A stretch of DNA of 64,000 nt from Gemmatales bacterium (GCA_041640595.1 JBEPZY010000001.1:928001-992000), one strand, 5' to 3'; counted from the stretch's first letter, positions 19,385 to 29,779 are shown. The notes: generated from the sequence alone by a model not told the origin. Made by a program: numbers and translations.

Positions 19385-22300
19385 CTACCTGGCCGTCTGC
19401 TGGAGCCAGGCGATAAGATCGGCGAGATCCTGAGGCGTGAGTTGTTTTTCAAACCCATCCGGCATAAGCGATTTGCCCGTAGATTGGATTTGCTCGATTT
19501 CACTGCGAAGTAGCGTATCCTGCATGCCTTCTGCTCGTCGCAATGTAATGGCGGTAGCTGTTTCCGCGGCAATTATGCCGCTGTACACTCTGCCGGAACG
19601 GTCGGCGACCAGGTAATTGAGATAGCGACTGTCCACTTCTCGGCTGGGATCGAGAATATCCAGGAGCAATCCTTCCGGCGTTTTGGTCTTCAATGCGGAA
19701 AGCAAGTCCGGCCCGACTTCCGTGCCGACCTGTCCGAGCCGATGACAAATAGCGCAGTGTTTAGCGAAAAGTTCGCGGCCGCGCTCGGCCTGGCCAGTCA
19801 ATTGCAGTGCGACCCGATATTGCGCCACTACCTTCTGGCGGTCTTCTTGCCCCGATTGTGCCAGCAGTTTTTGAGCGCGGTTGCGAATTGCTGGGTCAGG
19901 ATGCTGCAATAACTGCTGCCGATAAACGAGGTCTAAGTCCTGCGGCCGAATGGTGCCGGTTTCCACGGCCTGGAGCAACCTGGGCAATCGCTCCGAACGA
20001 GCAAAAAACGCTTCCTGAGCGGCTCGTCGAATGGTGGGGCTAAAACTGCCCCAATGCTCCAGCAGCACATCCACGACCTGGGGGCTATTGACCTGGGCCA
20101 GGGACTGCACTGCGGCAAGCTGAAGCTCCGGCGGCTGCTGTGGTGCTAACAACTGACGCAAGACCGCCATTGCCTCCGTGGGTTCACGATAGCCCAGCAC
20201 TCGAACCGCAGCTATGCGCATCCCCACCGGTCGAGCGGAATCCAGAGCAACCTCTGCCGCAGTGCGGAACCAGGCGTTCAATTGCTGGCCAGCTCGGGAA
20301 TCGGCAGGGAAAAACCTTTCCAGGCTTTTGCCCTGTCGCGCAAAACCCTGAGCCAGGCTCGACAGCAGTTGCAGTTGCTGCGCGGTGGGCTGTTGGGGAT
20401 TCTTCAAAAGACGGAGGAAGACCAGCTCCACTGCCTGAGGTTGCGAATTACCCGCAACCATGCTTACGAGCGTTACCAGTATGTCCGCCGGGATTTTCTC
20501 ATCCTCCGCCAGCAGTTCGAGCAACCGAAAGGCATGGGGCAAAGCGGAACTGAGTATTGCCATCTGCATCCAGCGATTGGCACCTTCCCGACGTAGCAGT
20601 TGCGTTAGCGCTTCCGCCGCTGCAGGGTCTTGGATATAGCCAAGAGCGAAAGCCAGCTGGAACTGGACTCGATCTGACCCGTCGCTGACCATGGACAAGA
20701 CCTGTCGGGAGATTGCTGCATCCTGGCGTTGCAAAAACGGCTCCGCCAGCACCAGTGCCTGTTCGCGCACACGAGGCGAATCATCCCGTAACGCGGTCAG
20801 AACGTCTTCGGCTTCCAGCAAACCAAGCCCTTCAAGCGTCCACACTGCGTGAATGCGGCCCACGTCTCTGGCACTGCGCCTGGCTAATTGCATTAACGCC
20901 GGACGAATTTCCGGCCCCGGCTTTCTTTCCAGTAACAACCGCTGGGCTGTAAGCCGGTGCCAGGCATTCTCGTGCTCCAGCAGAGCCACCAGTTCGGCAA
21001 TACTGGCCCGGCTCAAACGCGGTGGCGGCAACCGACGTCCATCCTGCGGCACAATTCGCCAGATGCGACCCCGACCACGGCTCTCCAGGTTGTAACGTCG
21101 CTTAATTTCCTCCGGTAGCGACAACGGAGTCTCGATGACCTCGCGATAAAAGTCAGCGACGTAAATGGCTCCATCTGGCCCCTGACACAAAAACACAGGC
21201 CGAAACCAGGTATCCACCGAGGCAAGGAATTCGCAATCGCGGTCTAGTCGCCGCGCTATGAACGTCGGACCGGCCAGCGCGAGCACATCTCGATGAATGA
21301 CGTTGTTTGCCGGATCGCATACGTAAGCGCATCCGGCGTGTGGCGGCGGAAATCTTCCGCCCCGCTCTATCAGAATGCCGCACGCAGATGTCACATAGCC
21401 CCCGGGTACCAGTTCGGTCTTGGCAAACCGCTTGGCCTCGGGCCCTTCCCGGCGCATTTGCGTCCGTTCCAGACGCCACGGTTCGAATGGGCTGATGCGA
21501 AACAATTTCGCTGCCGCGGTATGCTCCTCTGTTCCATCCGGGATATCTATGGTTACCGTTTGCACCCGAAGGTAGGGATTGCGGCTAAGATAACGCTCTG
21601 GCAAAACGATGTGGCGGATATGCTGGCTGTTGGTGCATGTGAACCATTGCCCGTAATCATCGGCGGTTAACCCATATTGGCCACCACCGGATGCAGGCTC
21701 GAATTGTCCCGGCTTTTCAGGGCGAAATCGAAAGTGTCGAGCATGCAGCGGAATGTTTGCAGGATTCGACACGGCCTTGCCATGCAGGTCCTGCACCGCG
21801 CGTATTTCCGAATCGGCAGCTGCGTTACAACCGTAAATCCAGTTATCGAAGTGAAACTGCAAACTGTTTGCCAGCTGCTGAATGTTGCGAAGCCCAAAGC
21901 CAGTGTAAAGCACGCTCCGCTGGTCTGCTCGCCCATCACCATCCGTGTCGCGGCAATATACCAAATCCGGCGCGTTAGCGATGATCAGTCCGCCTCGGTA
22001 AACACAGATTCCCGTGGGAAACCGTAAATCGTCCACAAAAATCCGGCTTGTTTCGAAGTAGCCGTCTCCGTCTCGGTCTTCGAGCAAGCGCACGCGACCG
22101 GCAATGACAGGCTTGCCCGTCCCCACACCGCCATTTGGATAGCCAGGCATCTCCACGACAAACAGCCGGCCATCTTCGTCAAACGCCATGGCTACCGGGT
22201 CAATTACGTCCGGTTCTGCCGCAACCAGCTCGATGCGAAAACCCGGAACCAGCCGAAAACTGGCAAGCGCTTCTTTTGGCGAAAGGGGGCCAATCGGTTT

Positions 22301-22387
22301 GTCAGGCTTCCCGATCGGCTCAACCGCCCCCATCCATGCACACAGGACACTCACGAGACCAAATAGCACAGCCGCAGCAACACGCAT
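19385..22387 (-). CDS. PVC-type heme-binding CxxCH membrane-bound dehydrogenase domain protein
   Basis: FRIELVAAEP...DPVAMAFDEDGRL, LLEDRDGDG, TSACG, WFRPV...GPDGAIY, HEAT-like repeats, CAICH, SLMPDG. Confidence 0.9.
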   Translation of the reverse strand: MRVAAAVLFGLVSVLCAWMGAVEPIGKPDKPIGPLSPKEALASFRLVPGFRIELVAAEPDVIDPVAMAFDEDGRLFVVEMPGYPNGGVGTGKPVIAGRVRLLEDRDGDGYFETSRIFVDDLRFPTGICVYRGGLIIANAPDLVYCRDTDGDGRADQRSVLYTGFGLRNIQQLANSLQFHFDNWIYGCNAAADSEIRAVQDLHGKAVSNPANIPLHARHFRFRPEKPGQFEPASGGGQYGLTADDYGQWFTCTNSQHIRHIVLPERYLSRNPYLRVQTVTIDIPDGTEEHTAAAKLFRISPFEPWRLERTQMRREGPEAKRFAKTELVPGGYVTSACGILIERGGRFPPPHAGCAYVCDPANNVIHRDVLALAGPTFIARRLDRDCEFLASVDTWFRPVFLCQGPDGAIYVADFYREVIETPLSLPEEIKRRYNLESRGRGRIWRIVPQDGRRLPPPRLSRASIAELVALLEHENAWHRLTAQRLLLERKPGPEIRPALMQLARRSARDVGRIHAVWTLEGLGLLEAEDVLTALRDDSPRVREQALVLAEPFLQRQDAAISRQVLSMVSDGSDRVQFQLAFALGYIQDPAAAEALTQLLRREGANRWMQMAILSSALPHAFRLLELLAEDEKIPADILVTLVSMVAGNSQPQAVELVFLRLLKNPQQPTAQQLQLLSSLAQGFARQGKSLERFFPADSRAGQQLNAWFRTAAEVALDSARPVGMRIAAVRVLGYREPTEAMAVLRQLLAPQQPPELQLAAVQSLAQVNSPQVVDVLLEHWGSFSPTIRRAAQEAFFARSERLPRLLQAVETGTIRPQDLDLVYRQQLLQHPDPAIRNRAQKLLAQSGQEDRQKVVAQYRVALQLTGQAERGRELFAKHCAICHRLGQVGTEVGPDLLSALKTKTPEGLLLDILDPSREVDSRYLNYLVADRSGRVYSGIIAAETATAITLRRAEGMQDTLLRSEIEQIQSTGKSLMPDGFEKQLTPQDLADLIAWLQQTAR

Positions 22388-22945
22388 GCGTTCCTCCGAT
22401 CTATTGCCTGTTTTGTCAAGCGAAATCTCCGGTTTGATGACGGTGGGCCCTGGCTGACTTTTCGCCCCTTTCTATCAGGTGCGATTCTCGCCTAGACACG
22501 ATCAAGCTCTTGCCACAAGCATCAGACTTTCCGGTACACAAAAGTTTATGCCTCAACTGCACACTGACCATAAGAACAAGCTTCGGGCAACTCGGCGACG
22601 CTTGTTAACTCATGGTAGCGCAACGCCAACTAGCCAGCATAGCTTAGCTTCCTACGGCTCACCCGGCGATATTCGTTGATGTTCCGGATGTACCCGCTGT
22701 TCCAAGCAACTTCGTTGGAGACAATGACGGCGAACTGCGCGTTAGCGGTTCCTGTTTTGCACGTTGACCACGACGGCAGTCGTTCCAGTCCGTTGAGGAG
22801 TTTCGGGTCTATACGCCTAACGGTGCAAACCACAAATCTGCCCGGCTAGCAGAACACCAGTCTATCGGGTTACACTTACCGCAGTTTGGGACCAGGATTG
22901 CTGGTGCTATCGAGCAACTGACCGGTTGACCTCACGCCTACCGCG

Positions 22946-22989
22946 AAAAAAGCAACGGGGATCGGTGCGTTCCCGATCCCCGCTGTTGC
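22946..22989 (-). terminator. Intrinsic terminator downstream of the YTV-type gene
   Basis: 10-bp stem CGGGGATCGG (22956-22965) / CCGATCCCCG (22973-22982). A6 at 22946-22951 reads as a U-tract on the minus strand. Confidence 0.75.
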
Positions 22990-23125
22990 AATTCAGCCGC
23001 CTGGTTGTAGCGACGTTTAGGTTGTCGGTAGCTGGCGGCAGTCAGGAGACATATTGAGCGTCAACTGCTGTGGCGTTTGTGATGTGCGATTGCACCGTCC
23101 AGTGTGCGGCTCCGAAAGGGTGCCT

Positions 23126-25207
23126 TTATTCCGACTGAGTAGCTTTCTCTTTCGGAAGCACCGGCACGGTCTCCGGCTTGCCTGGCTCGCTCACCGGCGT
23201 GCATGCCGGTTCACATGCCACGTGGTGGCAGCACAAGCGAGCAAGCAAGCGGCTCAGCAAGCTGCAGCGCGGCATGCACGGGCTGGGGCAAGTGTCCACA
23301 CAAGCCGATTCGCAGTGGACCCGACTCGCCAGACACCGGGCCAGCGAACCGCACCGCAAACCGCATTCAGCCGGGCAAATAGTCTGGCATGCCCCACTTG
23401 TCACACACAGACCGGCTTTATGCTCAGCCTGCGGGCAGGCGCTCAACGGGCAGCTAATCGGAGCTCGCGGGCAAACTTCACGGCAGGCCGGCTCGCAGCA
23501 GAAGCGATGGTGGAGCAGACGTCGCAGCAAGCCAGGACGCTCACACACAGACGGGCATACTGCCGCAGGCGGACACGGTACGCACTCCGTAATAGTTACT
23601 GGCACCCACCGGCAGCGAACCACCGGGACTTCTTCGCACACTCTCACCGGCACACGCTTGCACACTTTCACCGGCACGCACTCGGTAACGCAGACCGGCA
23701 CGCGGCAGACGACTTGATACGGTACTTGTTTGGCCACGCAGACCGGCACATGGCGGGTCACCTTCTCCTGCACCATCTTGCAGACCGTCACCGGCACGAG
23801 CTTCACACACTCTTGCTGCACCATCTGGCAAGTGGTTACCGGGACCTGGCGGGTGACCTGCTCCTGCACCATGCGGCAAACGGTAACCGGCACCTTTTCC
23901 ACACGCTCTTCCGCGACCATCTTGCATACGGTCTGGCACACTTGCCGTTTCACGTGAGCGCCTTCCACGAATTTTGCTCCGGGCACAGGACACGGATGAC
24001 CAACCCCCTTCTCATCAACCCAGGCACCCATCGCTTGTCGGCAGATGGTGTAGGGTACTTTCTCGGTCACCACTTCCTGTACCATACGGCAAACGGTAAC
24101 CGGCACCTGGCGCTTGCACACTTCCTGCACCATGCGGCAAACGGTGACCGGCACCTTTCGCACTTCCGTCGTCGGTACCATGCGGCACACTTTTACGGGT
24201 ACCTTTTCGACGATGCATTCTTCCACGTAGCGGACACACGGCACCTGCTCACAAATCGTCTTGGGCACGCGCACTTTGCAGCAAACCACCCGATCCGGTT
24301 CCTGGCAAACTATCCAGCGCGGACCGCCAAGTTTGAAGCAGGTCTGACCGGTACAGGGATCCACGTAGCAGCAGCTAGGTTCCCAAACGAGCCGATGGTG
24401 TTTGCGACCCGGCACACACATGGTGCGGATTTCTTCTTCGCAAACCACCCGCGTGACCGTTTTCATCTCGCACACCGGTTTGCAAACGCGACGGACGCAT
24501 TCCACCATTCGCGTCTCTTCTACCGGCTTGCACACGGTGACGCACACCTCGCGCTCGACCGTCTCCATGACCGGCTTGCAAACAGTGTACACGCATTCTT
24601 TCATCACCGTTTCCTGGACAGGACGGCAGACCACACGCTGACACTCTCGGACATGCTGTTCCATCACCTGATGGCAGACCTGGTAGGTAACATCATGGCA
24701 GTGTTGCTCCATAACCGGTTTGCATACGGTATAGCGGCATTCCCGCAGCACCGTTTCCTGCACTGGCTTGCAAACCGTTTCTACCACCGTCTTCATCGTG
24801 GTGGTGTAAACCGGCTTGCACACCGTATAGCGGCACTCCCGGTACTGAGTTTCGTAAACGGGCTTACAGCAAATCACCTCCACCGGCTTGTACTGGGTCT
24901 CGTACACGGTTTTATAACAGGTACGTGTTTCTTCCTTGTAAACCGTGCGGGTTACCGGTTTCATCACCGTTTCCTCGACGGTCTGGTAGCAAGTATGCCA
25001 GCGTTTTTCCAAAACGGTGTCGTAAACGAGCCTGTAGCAGGTACGTGTCTGCAAGCGGTACGAGGCAAAGGAATGCGTCTGGGTCTGGTCCTCCGTCGCG
25101 ACCGCTGGTAAGGCTTGTGCTGCTCCCAGCTCTTGTGCGAAAGACCGCTCGGCAGCCGTCAGTGCTACCAAAGCCGACAGCAACAGCGCAATCCGACGGA
25201 ATCTCAT
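23126..25207 (-). CDS. Secreted Cys/Val/Pro-rich YTV-repeat envelope protein
   Basis: Signal peptide MRFRRIALLLSALVALTAAERSFA; 16-aa repeats RYTVCKPVxExxxREC and VPVTVCRMVQExxxK; AGGAGG SD; downstream terminator. Confidence 0.85.
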   Translation of the reverse strand: MRFRRIALLLSALVALTAAERSFAQELGAAQALPAVATEDQTQTHSFASYRLQTRTCYRLVYDTVLEKRWHTCYQTVEETVMKPVTRTVYKEETRTCYKTVYETQYKPVEVICCKPVYETQYRECRYTVCKPVYTTTMKTVVETVCKPVQETVLRECRYTVCKPVMEQHCHDVTYQVCHQVMEQHVRECQRVVCRPVQETVMKECVYTVCKPVMETVEREVCVTVCKPVEETRMVECVRRVCKPVCEMKTVTRVVCEEEIRTMCVPGRKHHRLVWEPSCCYVDPCTGQTCFKLGGPRWIVCQEPDRVVCCKVRVPKTICEQVPCVRYVEECIVEKVPVKVCRMVPTTEVRKVPVTVCRMVQEVCKRQVPVTVCRMVQEVVTEKVPYTICRQAMGAWVDEKGVGHPCPVPGAKFVEGAHVKRQVCQTVCKMVAEERVEKVPVTVCRMVQEQVTRQVPVTTCQMVQQECVKLVPVTVCKMVQEKVTRHVPVCVAKQVPYQVVCRVPVCVTECVPVKVCKRVPVRVCEEVPVVRCRWVPVTITECVPCPPAAVCPSVCERPGLLRRLLHHRFCCEPACREVCPRAPISCPLSACPQAEHKAGLCVTSGACQTICPAECGLRCGSLARCLASRVHCESACVDTCPSPCMPRCSLLSRLLARLCCHHVACEPACTPVSEPGKPETVPVLPKEKATQSE

Positions 25208-25349
25208 CGTCTAGCCTCCTTGTGGCATCAGCAGGACAGGCCGCTCCCAAGCAAATCAGCGGGTCGGGCCGGGAACAGCCTGCACCCAGAAGCGGCGCGT
25301 ATCGCTTGACGCTACTCGCCGCCTTGTAGTCCCCCTTATCCGCCGTGGT

Positions 25350-25377
25350 TTATCGGCCTCGAATTTACTTCGCTATG
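25350..25377 (-). promoter_or_regulatory. Candidate sigma-28-type promoter for the YTV-type gene
   Basis: Minus strand CATAG-N15-GCCGATAA: exact FliA-type -10 element with a weak -35, about 140 nt upstream of the ATG. Confidence 0.4.
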
Positions 25378-25697
25378 ATCAGGAGCGCTGGCCGCACGCC
25401 ACGATTTATGGTGCGTTGTTCCGAGCAAACCTGATCTAACTGCGCTAGCGACGAACCAGGCGGGGTAACTGGGAGAAACAATAACGGTTGTAGCGAATCT
25501 CTGGAGGCACCAGCTTGGCTTGTCATGCCATATCGTTAACTTCGCGTACCCCTTCTCCGAGCCGTAGCATCAACGGATCGGGGATAAGGAATTGAAATAA
25601 CCACCGCAGCCTGGCTAAGTCAACGAGGCGAGGCATCAGCAAACGCCTGACTGAAAACCGCCTCTTCAGGCTTAGTCGGAATGGCCTGTACCAGCAC

Positions 25698-25895
25698 TCA
25701 GTTGGCCAGGGGAATGCGCTCCGGCAACTTGAGCGAAAGACAGATACGGCGACACTGCTCCAGGTCGCGCAAAATACTGTCCGCTAAATACGCGTTAGTG
25801 CGCTCGTCCTGGCACCATTCTAATTGCTCTTGTAGCTGAAGCAGTTGCTGTAATAGCTCGCGTAAGCGCAATAATTGGCGTTCGCGGAAAGACAT
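25698..25895 (-). CDS. Small helical-hairpin hypothetical protein (65 aa)
   Basis: MSFRERQLLRLRELLQQLLQLQEQLEWCQD...ILRDLEQCRRIC; purine-rich SD (GGGAGAGG) before ATG 25895. Confidence 0.6.
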   Translation of the reverse strand: MSFRERQLLRLRELLQQLLQLQEQLEWCQDERTNAYLADSILRDLEQCRRICLSLKLPERIPLAN

Positions 25896-26191
25896 GGGCC
25901 TCTCCCTTCTACTCGGCCCTGTCGTGTGCAGATGGCGTGCCAGCAAACCGCTCCTTTGGAGCAAATCGTCGCGGCTCAACGGCTGAAATTACCTCAGCCC
26001 GCAACAAAACTTTGGTTTATTTAATGCTTCTCCGATAGTGCCGAACCTTTTTCCCTGGCCACAGAATTTGTAAAATCGCTCAAAGTTATTGCAAAAGTTA
26101 CAACGGGAAGCCACGGGTCAACTATCCTTCTCACTGCGCAGGATCGATCGCCTAACTGTGGCTTTGGTCTTCAAATTCGAGGAGACCTCGC

Positions 26192-26959
26192 ATGACAACA
26201 GCACCGGATACACCAGAGCTGGTACTGGTTACCGGCTCTGCGGGTCGCATTGGCCGGGCGGTGGTAAACGAGCTCTTGGCTCACGGTCAACGAGTGCGCG
26301 GCTTAGATCGGTTGCCCACCTACGCGCTTTCTGACTACGTTGTTGCCGACATAACCGACCGTGCGGCCGTTCGCCACGCCATGCAACACGTGCGAGTCGT
26401 CATCCATCTGGCAGCGACACCCGATGACGTGGCCGAGCCGGTCAGCGAGTTGTTTCATCCGAACATTATTGGCACTTTCGAGGTTCTGGAAGCGGCACGC
26501 TTGGCAGGTGTCAGGCGACTTCTGCTCGCCAGCACTGGTCAAGTTGTGTGGTATCAGCGTGAGCGCGGTCCTTTTCCGATTCGCACCACCGATCCCGTTA
26601 CCCCCCGCGGATGGTATGCAGCAACTAAAGTTTTCCTGGAAGCTGCTGGTCGAGCCTTAGCCGAGAGTGCTGGTATGGAAGTGGTCGTGGCCCGTCTTGG
26701 CTGGTGCCCGCGAACTAAGGAGCAAGTTCAGGAGATTCGCCGCACAGACTGGGCTCAACAAGTTTATCTAAGCCCTGCCGACGTCGGCCAATTTTTCCGC
26801 ATCGCTGCCACTTGTTCGCTTCCTGATCGCTATTACGTTGCCTTTGTAACCAGTCGTCCGCATCGCTATGAGATATTAGACCTCACACCGGCCCGTCAAC
26901 TAGGTTATTCCCCACAACACACCTGGCCCGAAGGATTACCACCAGAATTGCTTGATTAG
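26192..26959 (+). CDS. NAD-dependent epimerase/dehydratase (uronate dehydrogenase-like extended SDR)
   Basis: VTGSAGRIG Rossmann motif, IHLAA, YAATK catalytic motif. Confidence 0.85.
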   Translation: MTTAPDTPELVLVTGSAGRIGRAVVNELLAHGQRVRGLDRLPTYALSDYVVADITDRAAVRHAMQHVRVVIHLAATPDDVAEPVSELFHPNIIGTFEVLEAARLAGVRRLLLASTGQVVWYQRERGPFPIRTTDPVTPRGWYAATKVFLEAAGRALAESAGMEVVVARLGWCPRTKEQVQEIRRTDWAQQVYLSPADVGQFFRIAATCSLPDRYYVAFVTSRPHRYEILDLTPARQLGYSPQHTWPEGLPPELLD

Positions 26960-27264
26960 TCCGGTAACTGGCCAAGTTCCGCCGGCTTCTGATTCAATAA
27001 TTGCCCTGTTATTCGACCGCTGCAAGTTCGGTTGACCTAGCCATTTTACTTTACTCCATAGGATATAGTCGCTAAACTTCTCACAACCGGTATCACCATC
27101 CTCCTTGTTTGACGGACGTAAGGAAGACGCCGGTGTTTCCGGCCTTGCCACAGCTAATAGGTTCGGCGGAAAACCGAGCCGCGCGAATCGCTCTAGGTAG
27201 ACAAGTGAGTTGCCGAAGCGCTCTAACAGCATGAAATAGCTTCCAGAATCAGGGAGGAGCTTTA

Positions 27265-29709
27265 ATGCTGGTCAAGTTCTTACGCTGGCTCAATCGTCGA
27301 GTCAGCAAATCCTTAACCAGTAAGCCTCGGCAACAAAGTTTCACACCGCGCTTGGAATCTCTAGAACCGCGAAACCTGCCAGCGAACATAAGCGGCTACG
27401 TATTTCACGACCTCAACAACAATGGTCTCCGCGAACCGGGTGAGCCAGGCCTGGCCGGAATCACACTCGAACTGCGAAACTCTGCTAATCAAGTAATTGC
27501 CACAACCGTATCGGGCCCAAACGGCTATTATCTCTTCGACCGAGACCAAACCATACCACAAACCGAGCAAGTCTTTTCTCGAACTTTAACATTCAGCGAA
27601 ACAAGAACAAACACATCTGTCTCGCAGAACGTTTCTCAATTTGACCCCAGCCTCGGTAGATTGGTTGCTGTTGATATTGTCATACAAGGCCGCGTAACCA
27701 GTACTATCCAGGTAGAAAACCTTGATCCTTCTCCAGCTACTGTCAGTGCCACATTTTCCGGAAGCCTGACAGTCACAGGTCCGGGACTAAATGCCACGGT
27801 AACTACTGCCAGCGATAATGTAAGCTATAATGCAGGCCCTTATGATGGTAATAGCGACTTCGCTGGCACGAGTGGTACCACTTTGGGACCCCGCACGGTT
27901 AGCGGTTCACGAACGATTACCCTCACCGATCCGAATATACTTAGTTCATGGGTCGGTACGGGTACCGTTACCCTGACCGCTGTAGGACGAACTACTTCCT
28001 CAGCCAATGGAGGGAACCTCCTAGCCCAGATTAACGCTACCGCGGGTGCGGATATAACCATCCGTTACCGCTATATTCCCAGCAATGCCTTGCGACCAGG
28101 TACCTATACGATTCGTCAGCTACAACAACCTTCGGGTTACTTAGATGGTTTAGAGTCGCAGGGTGGCACGATCATTCCAGGTACCGTTGGCACAGACATA
28201 ATCACCATCGCACTCGGCAACCAGGATAGTCTCGAAAACAATTTTGCCGAAATTCAGCCTTCTAACATCCAGGGCTTTGTTTACCATGACCTCAATGCGA
28301 ACGGCTTTCGCGATGCAGGCGAACAGGGTATTGCCGGCGTTACAATTCAGCTTACCGGCATCAACGATCTCGGACAGACAGTGCAACTCCAGGTGCTCAC
28401 CGGTTCCGACGGTTTCTATCGCTTCACCAATTTACGTCCAGGCTCGTACAACTTGCAGCAAATCCAACCGCAACAATACTTAGATGGTCGTGATACTATC
28501 GCTCCTCTGGATGGTCTCAGTGCACAAAGCCTGGGAATTCTGGGGAACGACTCCGTTTCGCTTATCTCGCTCGGCCAGGGAACCACCTATGGCAACTATA
28601 ATTTCGGCGAGGTTTTACCCACTAGCTTACAAGGATATGTTTTCCTGGATGCGAACTTGAACGGCATACGCGATAGCGGAGAAAGCGGTGTTAGTGGCGT
28701 CACCATAAGGCTCTCGGGAACCGATGACCTCGGCAACAACGTACAACTAAGCACGACCACCCTAGCGGACGGTACGTTCGCATTTACCAATCTGCGGCCA
28801 GGGACATATACGATTAGCAAGGTTCAGCCCCCTGGTTATCTGGATGGTGAAACCCAGGTAGGGACTGCAGGTGGAGTATTAGCCGCAAATGGTGTCGGGC
28901 AGATAGTGCTTAATAGCGGTACGTCTGCTACAGGATATACTTTCGCTCTCGTTACACCTGGACGCCTCGGCGGTGGCGTGTACCACGATGCTAACAATAA
29001 CGGCAGGTGGGATCGGAATGAACGTGGTATAGGTGATGTCAAAATTATCCTCACGGGCACTGACTATCGTGGCAATTACGTTGAAATCGAACAAAAGACC
29101 GATGCTTCCGGTCGGTTCCTTTTCGACAACCTAGCTCCCGGAACCTATGCCATTTACGAGGTGCAACCCGGCGGATATTTAGATGGCAAGGATACATTCG
29201 GCATTCTCGGGGGTTACTGGCAAAATGATCTCTTTACGGGCTTGAAACTTCAGCCGGGCAGCCAAGCAATGAATTATCTGTTCGGAGAATTGCTACCGGC
29301 GTCACTAGGAGGTTATGTTTATCTTGACAACAATCACAATGGTGTTCGGGACGCAAACGATCGGGGTCTGGCCGGTGTTACCCTGATCCTTACCGGTACT
29401 AACGATTTGGGTCAATCCGTTCGGTTGACGACCAAGAGTGCTTCTGATGGCAGCTATATATTCCGCAACCTCAGGCCTGGCGTCTATGCTATCTATCAAG
29501 TGCAACCTAACGGATATGACGATGGAACCATTACCATCGGTTCTCTCGGCGGACAACGCACAGGCCCCAATCTTATAAGCAATATCAAGGTAAGTTCTGG
29601 ACAAAATGGGACGAATTATAACTTTGGGGAAGTGCTGCCCATTAAACCGAGTGGTAATCCACCATCGTTTCCTAGCAAAAGGAACTTTCTCGGGTCACGC
29701 AGGCGATAG
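27265..29709 (+). CDS. SdrD B-like repeat surface protein with planctomycete LExLEPR leader and an inserted choice-of-anchor-E-like domain
   Basis: PRLESLEPRNLP leader; five GxVxxDxNxNGxxDxxExG...LRPGxYxIxQxQP repeats; FDPSLGRL...YDGNSDFAGTSG insert; GGAGGAG SD. Confidence 0.85.
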   Translation: MLVKFLRWLNRRVSKSLTSKPRQQSFTPRLESLEPRNLPANISGYVFHDLNNNGLREPGEPGLAGITLELRNSANQVIATTVSGPNGYYLFDRDQTIPQTEQVFSRTLTFSETRTNTSVSQNVSQFDPSLGRLVAVDIVIQGRVTSTIQVENLDPSPATVSATFSGSLTVTGPGLNATVTTASDNVSYNAGPYDGNSDFAGTSGTTLGPRTVSGSRTITLTDPNILSSWVGTGTVTLTAVGRTTSSANGGNLLAQINATAGADITIRYRYIPSNALRPGTYTIRQLQQPSGYLDGLESQGGTIIPGTVGTDIITIALGNQDSLENNFAEIQPSNIQGFVYHDLNANGFRDAGEQGIAGVTIQLTGINDLGQTVQLQVLTGSDGFYRFTNLRPGSYNLQQIQPQQYLDGRDTIAPLDGLSAQSLGILGNDSVSLISLGQGTTYGNYNFGEVLPTSLQGYVFLDANLNGIRDSGESGVSGVTIRLSGTDDLGNNVQLSTTTLADGTFAFTNLRPGTYTISKVQPPGYLDGETQVGTAGGVLAANGVGQIVLNSGTSATGYTFALVTPGRLGGGVYHDANNNGRWDRNERGIGDVKIILTGTDYRGNYVEIEQKTDASGRFLFDNLAPGTYAIYEVQPGGYLDGKDTFGILGGYWQNDLFTGLKLQPGSQAMNYLFGELLPASLGGYVYLDNNHNGVRDANDRGLAGVTLILTGTNDLGQSVRLTTKSASDGSYIFRNLRPGVYAIYQVQPNGYDDGTITIGSLGGQRTGPNLISNIKVSSGQNGTNYNFGEVLPIKPSGNPPSFPSKRNFLGSRRR

Positions 29710-29779
29710 AAAGCTAGCTTCGTGCCAGGAAATTGGCCCCTAGAACCTATACCGGCAATCCAATCGCGAGGTCTTGCGT

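Noticed and set aside
23054..25111. 685-aa antisense ORF opposite the YTV gene
   Set aside because: It is codon-aligned with the sense gene. Antisense stops need TTA/CTA/TCA codons, which are scarce in this Leu/Ser-poor repeat protein. The product is His/Arg-rich and not protein-like.
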